DNA of 64,000 nucleotides. It comes from Macrostomum hystrix. Lineage: Eukaryota > Animalia > Platyhelminthes. The notes under the pieces were generated by a model, which saw only the letters and a program-made list of their open reading frames with translations, was not told the origin of the DNA and did no database searches. The position numbers and the translations under genes were made by a program. The stretch lies in NCBI GenBank assembly GCA_950097015.1, contig CATNEN010000001.1, positions 12,896,001 through 12,960,000 of the forward strand, read 5' to 3'. Below are positions 36,250 to 48,150 of the stretch, piece by piece. Every line of letters begins with the position of its first letter. The stretch's first letter is position 1.

Positions 36250-37189
36250 TTCAACAGCTAGCAAGAGTAACAACAACAAATTTATTTTATAGCGGCTTTA
36301 TTTACAAGTGACACAGTTAAAGAATTTTGAAAATATCACTAACTGTTCAAAAGTTATGCCTCCATAACTGCAGTGGGGTACTGCATCTCAATACATGAGC
36401 AGTCCAACTCGAGCTCAGCTACAATTTTGAAATCTCACAGAAATTAACCAAATTTAAACTTGTGCGCAAAATCTCTAGCGTGATGATTTGTGGCACGTCA
36501 TCTCTTTCTATATCTATGGTAGAATGTTCATTTGCTTCTGCTTGAGTGGCACTATGAAACAGCCACTGAAGAGACTCACCCACCCACCCACCGTAAGCCA
36601 ATGCTCCTTCATCATGACAATGCTCGGACCCACACTGCACAAAAGTCACTTGAAGCAATAAAAAATGCAATTCAACCTCCTGGCTCACCCACCGTACTCA
36701 CCGGACCTGGCACCAGCTGATTTCGCCATCTTCCCGAAGCTCAAGCAGCTTCTGAGTTCATGCCAACCGTAACTGCCTTGAGCAAGCAGTGCGACGGGTT
36801 ATTGTCCACGAAATGCCAAGGCCAGGCGTATGCAGATGCCATTGACGGCATGCTTACCCGGTGGAAGAAACGCATCCAACTGAAGGGTGACTCTGTTGAG
36901 AGGGTCTCAGTTGCCACTGAGGACGAAATTTGAACTTTTTTGAAAGACAGCTGACTTTCTGTTTCCTGTCGCTCCATATGCAGCCTCCATGTTCTTGTTC
37001 ATGCATTGAGATGCAGTACCCCACTGCAGTTATGGAGGCATAACTTTTGAACAGTTAGTGATATTTTCAAAATTCTTTAACTGTGTCACTTTTAAATAAA
37101 GCCGCTATAAAATAAATTTGTTGTTACTCTTGCTAGCTGTTGGAAAGAGTTGCGTGAAAAAGTCCTAAGACTTTTGGACACTCCTCGTA
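36250..37189 (+). mobile_element. Non-autonomous mariner (Tc1/mariner) relic with ~140-bp inverted repeats
   Basis: LLHHDNARTH, HPPYSPDLAPADFAIFPKLK and RWKKRIQLKGD fragments; IR 36252-36391 vs 37005-37143; right end ...acttttggacactcctcg|TA. Confidence 0.88.
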
Positions 37190-37254
37190 AATTAGTTTAT
37201 AAAGAAAGAAGTAAGAATAGCGAAGCGAGTACCTAAATAAAAGTTTATTCAGCC

Positions 37255-37442
37255 TCCCACAGTTCGAATTCGGCCCCCGACAGTACGAATTCAGCCTCTG
37301 ACAGTACGAATTCGGTCTCGGACAGTACGAATTCGGTTTCCGACAGTACGAATTCGGTCTCCGACAGTACGAATTCGGTTTCCGAAAGTACGAATTCGGT
37401 CTCCGACAGTACGAATTCGGTCTCCGACAGTACGAATTCGGC
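37255..37442. repeat. 21-bp minisatellite (GACAGTACGAATTCGGTCTCC)n
   Basis: ~9 tandem copies. Confidence 0.93.
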
Positions 37443-37959
37443 GCTGGATTCCATTGTGACCATGCAGCTCTAGAATCGGAATAATAAATGATTGATCCAT
37501 CACTTCAGTGGAATTTCGGATGATGATGAGTGTCGACACCGTAGTAACAGTTGATGGCCTTTGGGCAGGCATCTGCCAAAAAACAATTGATTAAGCATTA
37601 CTCTCTTGTACTGCTTGCGCGGTACGCGAATGGCAGAAACAAACTACATTGCCTACGCTCAATGTTATGCACTTCTAAAAATAGCACCTAAATATTTAAC
37701 ATTGAGGAACGTGGGACACAACAGTCTAACAAAAGAGACCCATTATAAAGTAACTAAAAATATCTGAATTGGCCCACTAATGAGAGCAAGCATAGCATGC
37801 TCACACTGGCCAAGCTCACTTGACTCGTCTGTAAGCACTGCCTGGCCGTTCAAATTGAAAGAATCCAACTGTTCAAATAGGAAATACACATTCCACTGCG
37901 TGCATGTATTAATTAGTTTTTTCATACTAATAATAACAATAATTGCAGGAGTGCTGCTG

Positions 37960-38158
37960 GCCTGACTATGTGAAAGTCAAGGCCGATGTACAAACTTGTC
38001 TGTGGGTGTTCCTGCGTACAGTATCTGTATTTTGTATACTCGGTGTGAGCTCAGGAGTCAGCGAAATGAGCAGAATTGCCTCCTCGCTGGCTGCGGGTCT
38101 AGTGTCACCGAATGATGTTCCATTGCCCGCAGCTCTCCTGCAAGTATTGTAATTATTA
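37960..38158 (+). mobile_element. SINE family 1 copy (3' half)
   Basis: gaaagtcaaggccgatgtaca...ggagtcagcgaaatg...cattgcccgcagc and ATT tail. Confidence 0.8.
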
Positions 38159-39084
38159 TAAAACGCCCCTGACCCTCTCCTGCAAGCCGCCCAAACCGCG
38201 TGGTCGTAGTCGAACCAGACGGGTGTCTGAGCGAGCCAGAAGGCACCGTTACCAGCTTGCGCGCTTGAGCGGTAGCTGCTGCTGATCTCCGCTCTTAAGA
38301 CGCCACGCGATAATTGCCCGACTGCACGCCGCATCCGCACCTGAGTCCGCGGCGCCGAGCAGCCGGGATGGGATGCGCCTGTCGAACTTCAAACTGACCG
38401 CAGTCATCGGCTTGCCGGTTGCAGTTCCCGGAATCTGCGTGTGGCCGCAGCTGTTGCAATGGCTGTTAACAGCTGTCCACAGCTGTCCAGCCCGTGGACA
38501 ACCAGCGAAGGTTCTAACCCAACTGAATGCCTAGCTCGAGGACACAAATTTCTTTCCGAAAGTATAGATTCGAACTAGCGAGCAATGAATAAAAAATCCA
38601 AAAAGTAGAATCGTCAAAGAGAATAATTTATGGTGCCTGAGGCGATTGGGCAGTTTCGACTGCCCACCAGGCCGTTGTTTCAGGCCGGTTTGATTGGCTC
38701 GGCCTTGGCCTCGCCCTCTCTAACCCTTCGTCCCTGCTTTGCGTGCCCTGAGCCGCTACCTGATTGGCTAGGCGTGGGAGTTGTCTGTTAACCCTTACCT
38801 GTTAAGCGATGCGTGGCTTTGCCCCTCCCGCCAATCAGCTCAGCTCTTTGCCATTACCGACTTTTGTAGTTTGTGCACTCCCCACTGCCCCGCTCCCCCA
38901 GGCAGCTGTCCTATGTTTGTTATTGGCCGTTACTGGGGCACCTCTCGCTTCGCTCTTTTGCATGAAATAAATCAAACACACCAAACTCGTCAGAGGTCAC
39001 CTGCGTCATCCTGCGTTCCGACCGTTAAGCGTAAAGACTTAAATGAGTGAGTTTAGTCCTCACTCACTGATGTTAACAAGAAAT

Positions 39085-39365
39085 TAATAGGGCCAGATGT
39101 GCAGCCGACAGCACAGCCGCAGCTGTTGCCCGGCGCATCTGAAAGCTGAGTACGGCTGTTCAGTCCATGGACTGGGAGGACGTTACACCCACCCTCAATT
39201 ACACCAGCTAATGCAAATACCTAGTTAACATCTGGGTGTTAAATGACAACGCAAAGCTTAGTCCGATGTAAAAAAGGACACAAAGTGTTCCAGTTGAGTA
39301 GGGAATCGAACCCCCGACCATCAAGTTTCGAGTTTGACGCTCTATCCACTTGGGTACAACCCCGC
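39085..39365 (-). mobile_element. CORE-type SINE family 2 copy
   Basis: Reverse-complement match to 46567-46875 across head and tail. Confidence 0.8.
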
Positions 39366-39672
39366 ATGTTGCGCATTAAAAATGAATAAACTGAATTGTG
39401 TGAGAGTTTAATAATTGACTATTTCTATCTGAAAGCAAGCATAGAAAATTAACACAGCCATTAGAAATGCAGGTATATTTCAAAAAATATATAATTCATT
39501 CATATATATGCTGATAGATATACACTGTGATGCTTAAATTTACACAACTGACGCAATCATGGAATGAAGAGTCTTATTCAATGATACAAATAAAATGGGA
39601 TCACTTTTGAGTCCAAACCAATTGGCTACAAGCTGCCTACAGGACAATGGGATCAGTCTGCGGACAGCAAAT

Positions 39673-42152
39673 CTATTTAACAGTCGCCAGCAACTTTGAG
39701 ATCAGTAGTCCTGTGTTGCAAATCGGACACCTACTAGAAGCAGAAGATGATTTGGAGCACTGCACACAGATCGCCGTATGACAGCAGGGCAGGTAGATGA
39801 CGCAGGCAGGCCTAGTTGAGCACAGTTGGCATAGAGCATTGCCAGTTTCCACCACAGTCTGAGCAGCCACATAGTGAGCCAGACTGAGCTGCAGCAGTAG
39901 CTGCTGGTTGCGTCGCGCATCTCTGGGCAACGCGGGCAGGCAGCGGCGCAGTCGCCAGGCCAGGTCCAACAGAGCAGCTGAGCCCGCCGATTCGGGTAAA
40001 TCATCGCCGACTAGGCGCAGACGCGTCTCCATGGCAACGAGCAGTTCGGTGATATTGTCCGAAAATAGGCGACTAACGCTGCGAGTGGAGGCCAGATCTG
40101 CCCGGCTGCGAATGTCTCTGGGTGAGCAGTGCTGGCTGGGCCAGGCTGGGGTGCGGCTAGTTGGTGCGGGCTGTACTGGCACCTCACTGTACTTGAGCAA
40201 CTGCTCAGCCTGATGATGCTGCTGCTGCTGCTGCCGAGGCTGCGGATCCTGAAATGCCAGAGAGACGCGATTAGCTTTTAGTAAAACCTGAGGATTAAAA
40301 ACACAGCGGGACTTAACATGAGGATTGTGAAGAGAATGGGATCTAACAAAAGTTTTGGGAAGAGAATGGAATCTAAAATGAGGATGGGGAAGAGAATGGG
40401 ATCTAAAATAAGGATGGGGAAGGGAATGGGATCTAAAATAAGGATGGGGAAGAGAATGGAATCTAAATTGAAGATTTGGAAGAGAATGGGATCTAGCATG
40501 AGGATTAGGAAGAGAATGGGATTCAACATGAGGATTAGGGAAAATAATGGGATCAAACATGAGGATTTGGGAGGAGAATGAGATCTAAATTGAGGATGGG
40601 GAATAGAGCATGAGGATAGGGAAGACAATGTGATAAAAAACATGAGGATTCGGTGAAACTGAAATAAATAAAAAAAGGACTCACTCCAAGAAACGGAGGC
40701 ATACTGCTCAAAACCAGTTGAATAAAACTGGCTCCCCGTCCAGCCAGCACGTGGCCGCACGCCGGCGACCACCTGGCGTGCTGCACCCACGGGTCGCAAG
40801 GCGGAGCCGATTCGCGCCAATCAAATCTGATTCGCAGGCCGCACCAATAGCAGCGCATCCAATCACTGGAGCCATCGCCGTCTGGTACAAATCCAGCATT
40901 AGCCAATTCCCAGTCGGTGTGCCGACCAACACAGCCACTCCAACAAGAGCTCATTGTGCCACTGCCGCTGACGGCACAGTCCAGCTGTTGAAACTGTTCC
41001 AGCCGAGTCTGACAGTCAGTCAGTTCGGTTTGCAAACACTCGCCAGACAAACTGTCCATTGTTGAGAATTGGGCAGCCAATCGGCAGGCTAGATTAGCAG
41101 CATCTGGCTTCACCGGTGGCTGGCATTCTAAGCTGCGCCAACGATTGGGATTGAAATCCCTCGTTGCAGAATCAAATGATGATGAGCATCTTCTAAATGC
41201 CACCGCCTGGTAACTGGGGCCGGTGGGATGGGGCAGGGCCAGGCTGTAGTCGGGTGTGAGTGGCAGGTCTTGACCGTTCTGCGTGTACATCAGCGACTGG
41301 GCCGCAGCTGCCGGGGATCTGTGCGGCTCAGTGCACTGGACTGGACGACTCGGGCTGGCCGACTGGGCCAGGGGGACATTGCTCACCTGAGGGATCAGGG
41401 AGCGGCGAAGACGAGGTAAGATTAACACAGGTAATCAAATCAGGAATCAGAGGGGATTAACACAGGCGTCGACAGGGGATCAGCACAGGTAAAGCACCAT
41501 ACCTGCATGCCGAGCACAAACGGACACAGTGGGAATAGAACTCGATGCATCTTCCAACTAGACTGATAACTTTTTAATACTCTCCAGCTGTCCACTTCTC
41601 CCAGACAGAAGGCGCACCTGATTGGACCAAGCTGATCGGTGTTCGCCCCTGCATGAGTTTCACTGTGCAGCGTCAGACAGTAGAATCCGTGAGAGGATAA
41701 GTCGGCAGCTAGCCGCTGAGGTACTCGGTCGTCCACTTCAAAGCTAGCCAACCGATTACATTCGTGACGCATATCTCCAACTTGGACCGTTGTGAAATTG
41801 AAATCTGGCGAGCCAAAGTCGACATGCTGAGCCTGGCGAGCATCTGTGTCGCCATGCAGTGTGTAAAACCTTCGTTTGGGATGCAAGGACACAATATAAA
41901 AATGTTATTTGTTATTTGTCGAATGGAAAAATCAGCAGCGCGAACAAACCGTAGCCTAGCAACCAGACCGGACTGATCCGGTTGAGACTGTCTCACAACA
42001 GCAGGTGTGGGTGATACGCAGTCCAGAAACTCCTTTCGTACAGTATTAAAGAATTCGTCAGCCAAACTGACCAATCCGATAACAGCTAACCGATCGAATT
42101 CAGTGTCTTCGGACTGTAGCATTTGCTGATCTGCAGTAAAACTACCTTGCAT
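39673..42152 (-). CDS. Inhibitor of apoptosis protein (2 BIR + C-terminal RING), 4 exons: complement(join(39673..40248,40685..41386,41503..41869,41950..42152)), ~615 aa; alternative in-frame acceptor gives exon start 40287
   Basis: BIR1 RLASF..GFY..IRCAFC..H..FPLCPFV; BIR2 LANAGF..MRCYWC..DPWVQHARWSPAC; RING CQLC..LPCCH..CVQC..CPIC; GT-AG introns with matching phases 2,0,0. Confidence 0.9.
40315..40640. repeat. 30-bp minisatellite (GAGGATGGGGAAGAGAATGGGATCTAAAAT)n in IAP intron 3
   Basis: ~11 diverged tandem copies. Confidence 0.9.
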
Positions 42153-43864
42153 TAGATACTGGGCTTATTAAACTAAAACAACTCACAGACTTGAAAAGCG
42201 TACATACAAAAATACTGAAATTGTACCAGTTCTACCGCACAATCCAGCTATTGTACAACTATGCGAAAAACACAAGCTCATAACTTTCGGAGACCCTTGG
42301 CAGCGTGTTGTAAGTGTTCGCTTAGAGTTACTTTAGTTAAGTGTTAATTCTTTATGTGAAAGCATTTATAACACTCCTATACTGTATGTCACACACAGTA
42401 AGATGCACCCAAATTTGAAAATGGGTTACATTAATAAAGTGTACATTAAACACAATGGAGCTAAAAATAGACTGCAGGGCTAGGCAAATGTATTCCACAA
42501 ACTTCCTCTAGTATAAGGCAACTTTGGATTGTCTATGCCTTTGGATTTCCCACACCCACCCTGGATTACCCAAGCTGGGTCTTGCTAAGGACACAGATTA
42601 TTCAGGACTCGTGACTTGCAAATCAGACCTTGATTCTAATTTCGAACTTGTGTAAAAGGGGCTCATTGGTGAAATCAAACTAGCGCGCGAAATATTTTTA
42701 TATATCTATACATAATCTTTGTTTTACGCCACTAAAATATACTGGGAGCATTCAATAGGATTTTACTATATATAGAGGGGTTTTTATATAGGAGGCTAAC
42801 CATTAGGCCAACCATTAAATTGGAAGCTTAAACAGTTCAAGTCTTTTTGTGAGCATATTCCAAAGCCTTACTTATTTCTAAGTGAGTGAAAGCTGTTAAC
42901 ACCAATCTGGGGAAAGTCCGAAAAGGACTGGCCAGAGAGCCTGACATATCTGAAGTATTCAGAAGCACTCAGAGATTGACATCTCTAGCTAGATCCAGAA
43001 TCTAGAGAACCACTGGCAAGAGGCCAGAATCTATAGTGTAGAATGCCACGCTACCCAAACTATCAGAATAGTTTGTTTCGACCACCTAGAAGGGTGTGTA
43101 TGATGCCTAACTGAGTCATGGACAAGCGACTGGAGTTATGAGATAATTAAATAAGAGAATATTATGCAGTATTGATATTAGTATAACAAAAGAGGCCTAC
43201 AACACTTGCTTTAATAGTTGAAACCCTATTGCTTTGAAATTTGCTACAGGTGATTGTGGCACCTGTCTTATCTTGTATCTAGCATAAAAAATCATAAAAA
43301 CATCAATCAAACATTACAAAAAATTCTAAGGTTTAGGGTTAGTCTTATTCTCATGAAATAAGTGTTCTTATACACAAAGAAAACTAAACAATAGATAGAG
43401 ACATTTGAAAATTATTTACACTTTAATTATCTCATTGTCAACACATTAAAAACGAAAATCACAAAAAGAACAGAAATAGTCTCATATAAACACAATTAAA
43501 AGAATTATATACATCTCATATTTTATCTCATTAACCTAGTGGAGTCATAGACAAAGTTACATGTACTTTAAAGCTGTAGACTGTGCATTGATTTAAAATC
43601 TGATTGAACATTGAGATGAGATCATAGCATATTGACAAAATATTTCAGCTTTAGGGAAATCATCACTTTAGAGGGAAGTCTGTTAAAAGGGACGGGAAAA
43701 CAGTTGACCATATTTTGAGAAGTTAGCAAACTTTCTGGGTTATTTTTTCTCATTCATGATATTTAGTTTTCTCTTATCTGCAACATAGCTTTCTCTTATT
43801 CATGACTTCTTTCTTTCTTAAATAGAGAAAACTCAGAATCAACATTTAAATTTTCTTAGAATTT

Positions 43865-43907
43865 TGCCAATGCATTTTGACCACACAAATCGGTCATCTT
43901 CAGGGCA
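43865..43907 (-). ncRNA. Decayed minimal type I hammerhead ribozyme motif (Penelope-like element relic)
   Basis: Minus strand tgcc-CTGAAGA-tgacc-gatttgtgt-ggtc-AAAA-tgcatt-ggca: stems I and II pair, but the conserved GAAA reads AAAA. Confidence 0.55.
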
Positions 43908-44889
43908 GACACATCAATTAAACACACAGAAGAATTTCATTTTTAAGAAATGAAAACTGTACAATGCAAAGTACGAATCGATTTCAGTCCAGTCCGAAGC
44001 TGAGTAACTAAGCAATGACTTTTATCTTTTCTCAATATCTCAGGCTTCATTATATGTACACTCAATAAAAAATATGTAGGCCTAGTGTGAGTTAATAATA
44101 AAATATATATAAGTTGTTAAATGCATAAAAATGTTTTTTACATTGGTCTATACAAATGTGATTGTAATTTTAACAATCAATTTGCAACAAAATCAAATGC
44201 TATGTGGGATAAAGCATTATATAATAATTTATCTTAAATAGCTAGTGACTAGCCTACTAACTAATACTTACATTAAAAAATGTGTCTTCAATATAATATC
44301 TTAAGGATTGTGTATACGAAACGATTAAAATTATATAGTTGCAAATTATTCACTGAGAAAGTATTTGTTGATTATACTTTATTAATTTTAGCTATGTTGG
44401 TAACATGCCCAAGGATTAAATAATAGAAAATAAAAATATGAACATCTTGATAAAATCAGGGCAAGTAACTATCATTGTTTAATAAATAATGAAAAAACTA
44501 GCTAATGTAAAGATAATGTCAGTATAGCTAAAATAAGCTAAAGTCTAAAAACAAGAGAGAACAAGCTTGGTTTAAAATTAAATCATTTGCTTAGATTCAT
44601 ACATTTCATTAAGTATAAAAACTGTCAATTCTTAACAAGATAGATACTGTCTTGATTATTGATAAACATATAACTAGGTCTAGGCATAGCTAGTAGGCCT
44701 ATATGTAATATAGGTAGCTGTATATTTAAGTTTTTTTATATAGAAAGTATAAAACTAAAAAAAGAAGCAGTGAGTTGGGCATACAATTATAATCAACTAT
44801 TTTTTAATCATATATTGCTAATAAATAGATGCATTTGATTAAACAGAGATTGTAAAATTCAAGTTAGTCAATAGTTATCTTCACACAAC

Positions 44890-46560
44890 AAAGCAAAAAA
44901 TTTTTTTTAGAAAAAATTTTATGAAGTGTGCCAGAGCTTATTTTTTTGTAGGAGGTTGTGCCACTGCTGAATTGAATGTGCCAGGTGCTTTTGAAGTAAA
45001 TGTGATTGATTACAATGATTTATATAGGTTTTAATTGCTTGATTTTTGTGTTAGATTTTGTGCTAGTAGATTGTGGCCTCATTATTAGTGTGCCACTTTT
45101 CTTGTGCCACCCTTTCTGGGGAGGGCAATTGTAACATTATTGCCCTTTTCCCTCAAAATGGTGCGCTGATTAATTTAATTTATCTGCCATTAACGGATCA
45201 CTGTACGTATAGCACCTAGTTTTACAATATGCTTACGTTAAACTTGGTTATAATGTATGTTAAGTCCATTAGATTTAAACTCAACTTCGCGTCTTTTCGT
45301 GCGCAACGCGCGTAACGTCATTGCGCTAATACAATATAACCAATAAATGGTTCCGTTTACACGTGGCATACCGTTCGAGGGTTTTGTCATAAAGTAATTA
45401 TAATATCATTGCATTAGAAAAAGTCTGTCTTGAGCTAAACAGTGACGAATCTAATTCAATTCGTGCTATACATGCATCTACTCTACATGAGTTAATGTAA
45501 CAAAGCAAAATAATTATGAAATGGAATTTAGATATAAAATATTAGCATTGCAGAAGCATAGGTATGCTTTGTTCTATTTATATACAAAAATGTATATTAA
45601 TGCACACCCTGCTTTATTATGTAATTCAGTATTTCTAAAAGATTATAGACAGTTTAGCCATGCTTTCTATTCAATCTCAGTTTCATTTTACTACATCTGA
45701 GAACAGACTGCAGCAATATATTTAGATTCCCTCTCTATTTGTATTGACTAACATGTGTTGTTTTCTTTTGTAATATATGCTTCTAAATAATGAAATGCCA
45801 CTTTCTTGCTTTTATTCATTGAATAATTTTTACAATGCATAGATAAATTATTGTATATAGGATATCAATCAAAGGCAAGCTAACATGACAGGGAAATATT
45901 AATGCATTTAAACATTGTATTGGTGAACAAACGGCCAAAGCTAAATTATGTGTAGTTAGGTTGCACAATTCAATAGTAGTATATAAAGTTCAAAAGTAAA
46001 TTGGCATGTATTTCTGCAATTTTGAGCTATATGGGAAATATATATTGTTCTATTGTTTCATTGATCTAATGTATATAAAAACATTAAGGGCATATTTTAA
46101 ATATATTAAATACTTTACTATTATGTTTCAATATTTATTTCTATAATATAAACTTATTAGAAAAAAAACAGATTTCACAGTGAATCTAGCTCTATATCTG
46201 GCATTTGATCTGGCAGAGATCTGGCAGTAGATTTGGTAGTCAATCTGGCAGTGGATCTGTCAGAGATATGGCATGATATAGTGTTATATAGTGTAATATG
46301 GCATAATATGATGTGATATGATATGGCAGATATGGTGTTATATGGCCTGATATGGTATAATATGGTATTGTATGGTATGATATGGTGTGATATGGTAGTA
46401 TATGGCTTTATATGGCATAAGATAGCATAATGTGGTATGATATGGTATGACATGGTACGATATGGCATTATATGGTGTTATATGCCTGATATGGTATAAT
46501 ATGGCATTGAATGGGATGATATGGTGCGATATGGTATTATATGGCTTTATATGGCATATG
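44890..46560 (+). repeat. Left arm of a large inverted duplication (pairs with ~50400-52470 and ~58685-58900)
   Basis: 45111-46270 is the reverse complement of ~50660-52470 minus the MITE; 44890-45107 is the reverse complement of 58685-58900. Confidence 0.9.
45130..45361 (+). mobile_element. Third copy of the Gypsy LTR with its PPT (duplicate of the 3' LTR)
   Basis: TGT...ACA, 232 bp, preceded by ggggagggcaat; shares the indels of 52220-52451. Confidence 0.92.
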
Positions 46561-46566
46561 GCATAC

Positions 46567-46875
46567 AGCAGAGGTTGTAGCCTAGTGGTTAGGGCGTCGG
46601 TCTCACAACTTGAAGGTCGGGGGTTCAATTCCCAACTCCACTGGAACAATTTGCGTCCTTTAGCAAGACACTTAACTCTGCATTGCTTCAGTTCACCCAG
46701 CTGTTAAATGGGTACCAGCATCAGCTGGGATAATTGAAGGTGGGTGTGGCATCCCCCCAGTCCGTGGACTGAACAGCTGTACGCAGCTTTCAGATGGGCA
46801 GCGCATTAGCTGCGGCTGTGCTGTCGGCTGCACATCTGACCCAATTGGGGCAGGTGTAATCAATTATTATTAATT
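46567..46875 (+). mobile_element. tRNA-derived CORE-type SINE (family 2), most complete copy
   Basis: A box tagcctagtgg, B box ggttcaattccc, CORE-like tcctttagcaagacacttaactctgcattgcttcagttcacccagctgttaaatgggtacc, ATT tail. Confidence 0.82.
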
Positions 46876-47265
46876 TTATCATTATATTATGACATAAGAT
46901 AGTATAATGTGGTATGATATAGTATGATATGGTATGACATGGTATAATATGGCATTGAATGGTATGATATGGTATAATTTGGCATAATATGGCATAATAT
47001 GGCATGACATGGCATGATATGGTATGATGTGGCATTATATGGTGTTATATGGCCTGATATGGTATAATATGGCATTGAATGGTATGATATGGTGTGATAT
47101 GGTATTATATGGCTTCATATGGCATAAGATAGCATAATGTGGTATGATATAGTATGATATGGTATGACATGGTATAATATGGCATTGAATGGTATGATAT
47201 GGTATTATATGGTATAATATGGCATAATATGGCATTATATATGATATGGCATGATATGGTATGAC

Positions 47266-48150
47266 CAAGGACCACTGTAGTATAACAGGACGGGAAACTC
47301 AAAGATCGTGTAAATTTTTAGAAGGCCGATTTCCTGGAAAAAATACACTGCGGAGATAGGAAAAAGTCATTTTTTCAGCACATAATCAACTATTGCTTTT
47401 GATCTGGAGCAAGTACAAATCCGATTATATTAGTACAGCATGCCCAAAATTAAGCTCCATTGTTTTTATATAGCTTTCTTTATAAAAGTCTTATTTTCAC
47501 ATATATATATTATATAATAGTGTCTTGAATCTATATAGACTATAGACTAGCAAATTTAATGGCTCAAAATATGATAGCTAAATATTCTTAATTTGGCATA
47601 AATTGTTTGAATTAACAATTTGGCTAAATAGTTTGGCAAAACTAACAGCCAAACAAAATTAATTACTATAACAGTAGCAACTATATAGCTATAAAGGTAC
47701 AACAAATTTCCAAATTTCAAGATTTTAATGCAACCAAGTAAGTTAATTAATTTTTTTGGCTGTTAGTTTTGCCAAACTTTGCCAATATTTAGCTTATTTG
47801 TTAATTCAAACAATTTATGCCAAATTAAGAATATTTAGCTATCATATTTTGAGCCATTAAATTTGCTAGTCTATAGTCTATATAGATTCAAGACACTATT
47901 ATATAATATATATATGTGAAAATAAGACTTTTATAAAGAAAGCTATATAAAAACAATGGAGCTTAATTTTGGGCATGCTGTACTAATATAATCGGATTTG
48001 TACTTGCTCCAGATCAAAAGCAATAGTTGATTATGTGCTGAAAAAATGACTTTTTCCTATCTCCGCAGTGTATTTTTTCCAGGAAATCGGCCTTCTAAAA
48101 ATTTACATGATCTTTGAGTTTCCCGTCCTGTTATACTACAGTGGTCCTTG
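47266..48150. mobile_element. 885-bp foldback MITE (hAT- or P-type)
   Basis: Termini CAAGGACCACTGTAG...CTACAGTGGTCCTTG, ~400-bp near-perfect IRs, 8-bp TSD GGTATGAC (47258-47265 / 48151-48158). Confidence 0.93.

Noticed and set aside
38630-38950. Cluster of CCAAT/ATTGG boxes
   Set aside because: Lies between the 3' ends of convergent genes with no associated start; may be LTR-derived but boundaries are not identifiable
46567-46645. Possible tRNA gene
   Set aside because: A/B boxes are present but acceptor and anticodon stems do not pair well, and it continues into a SINE body found in other copies
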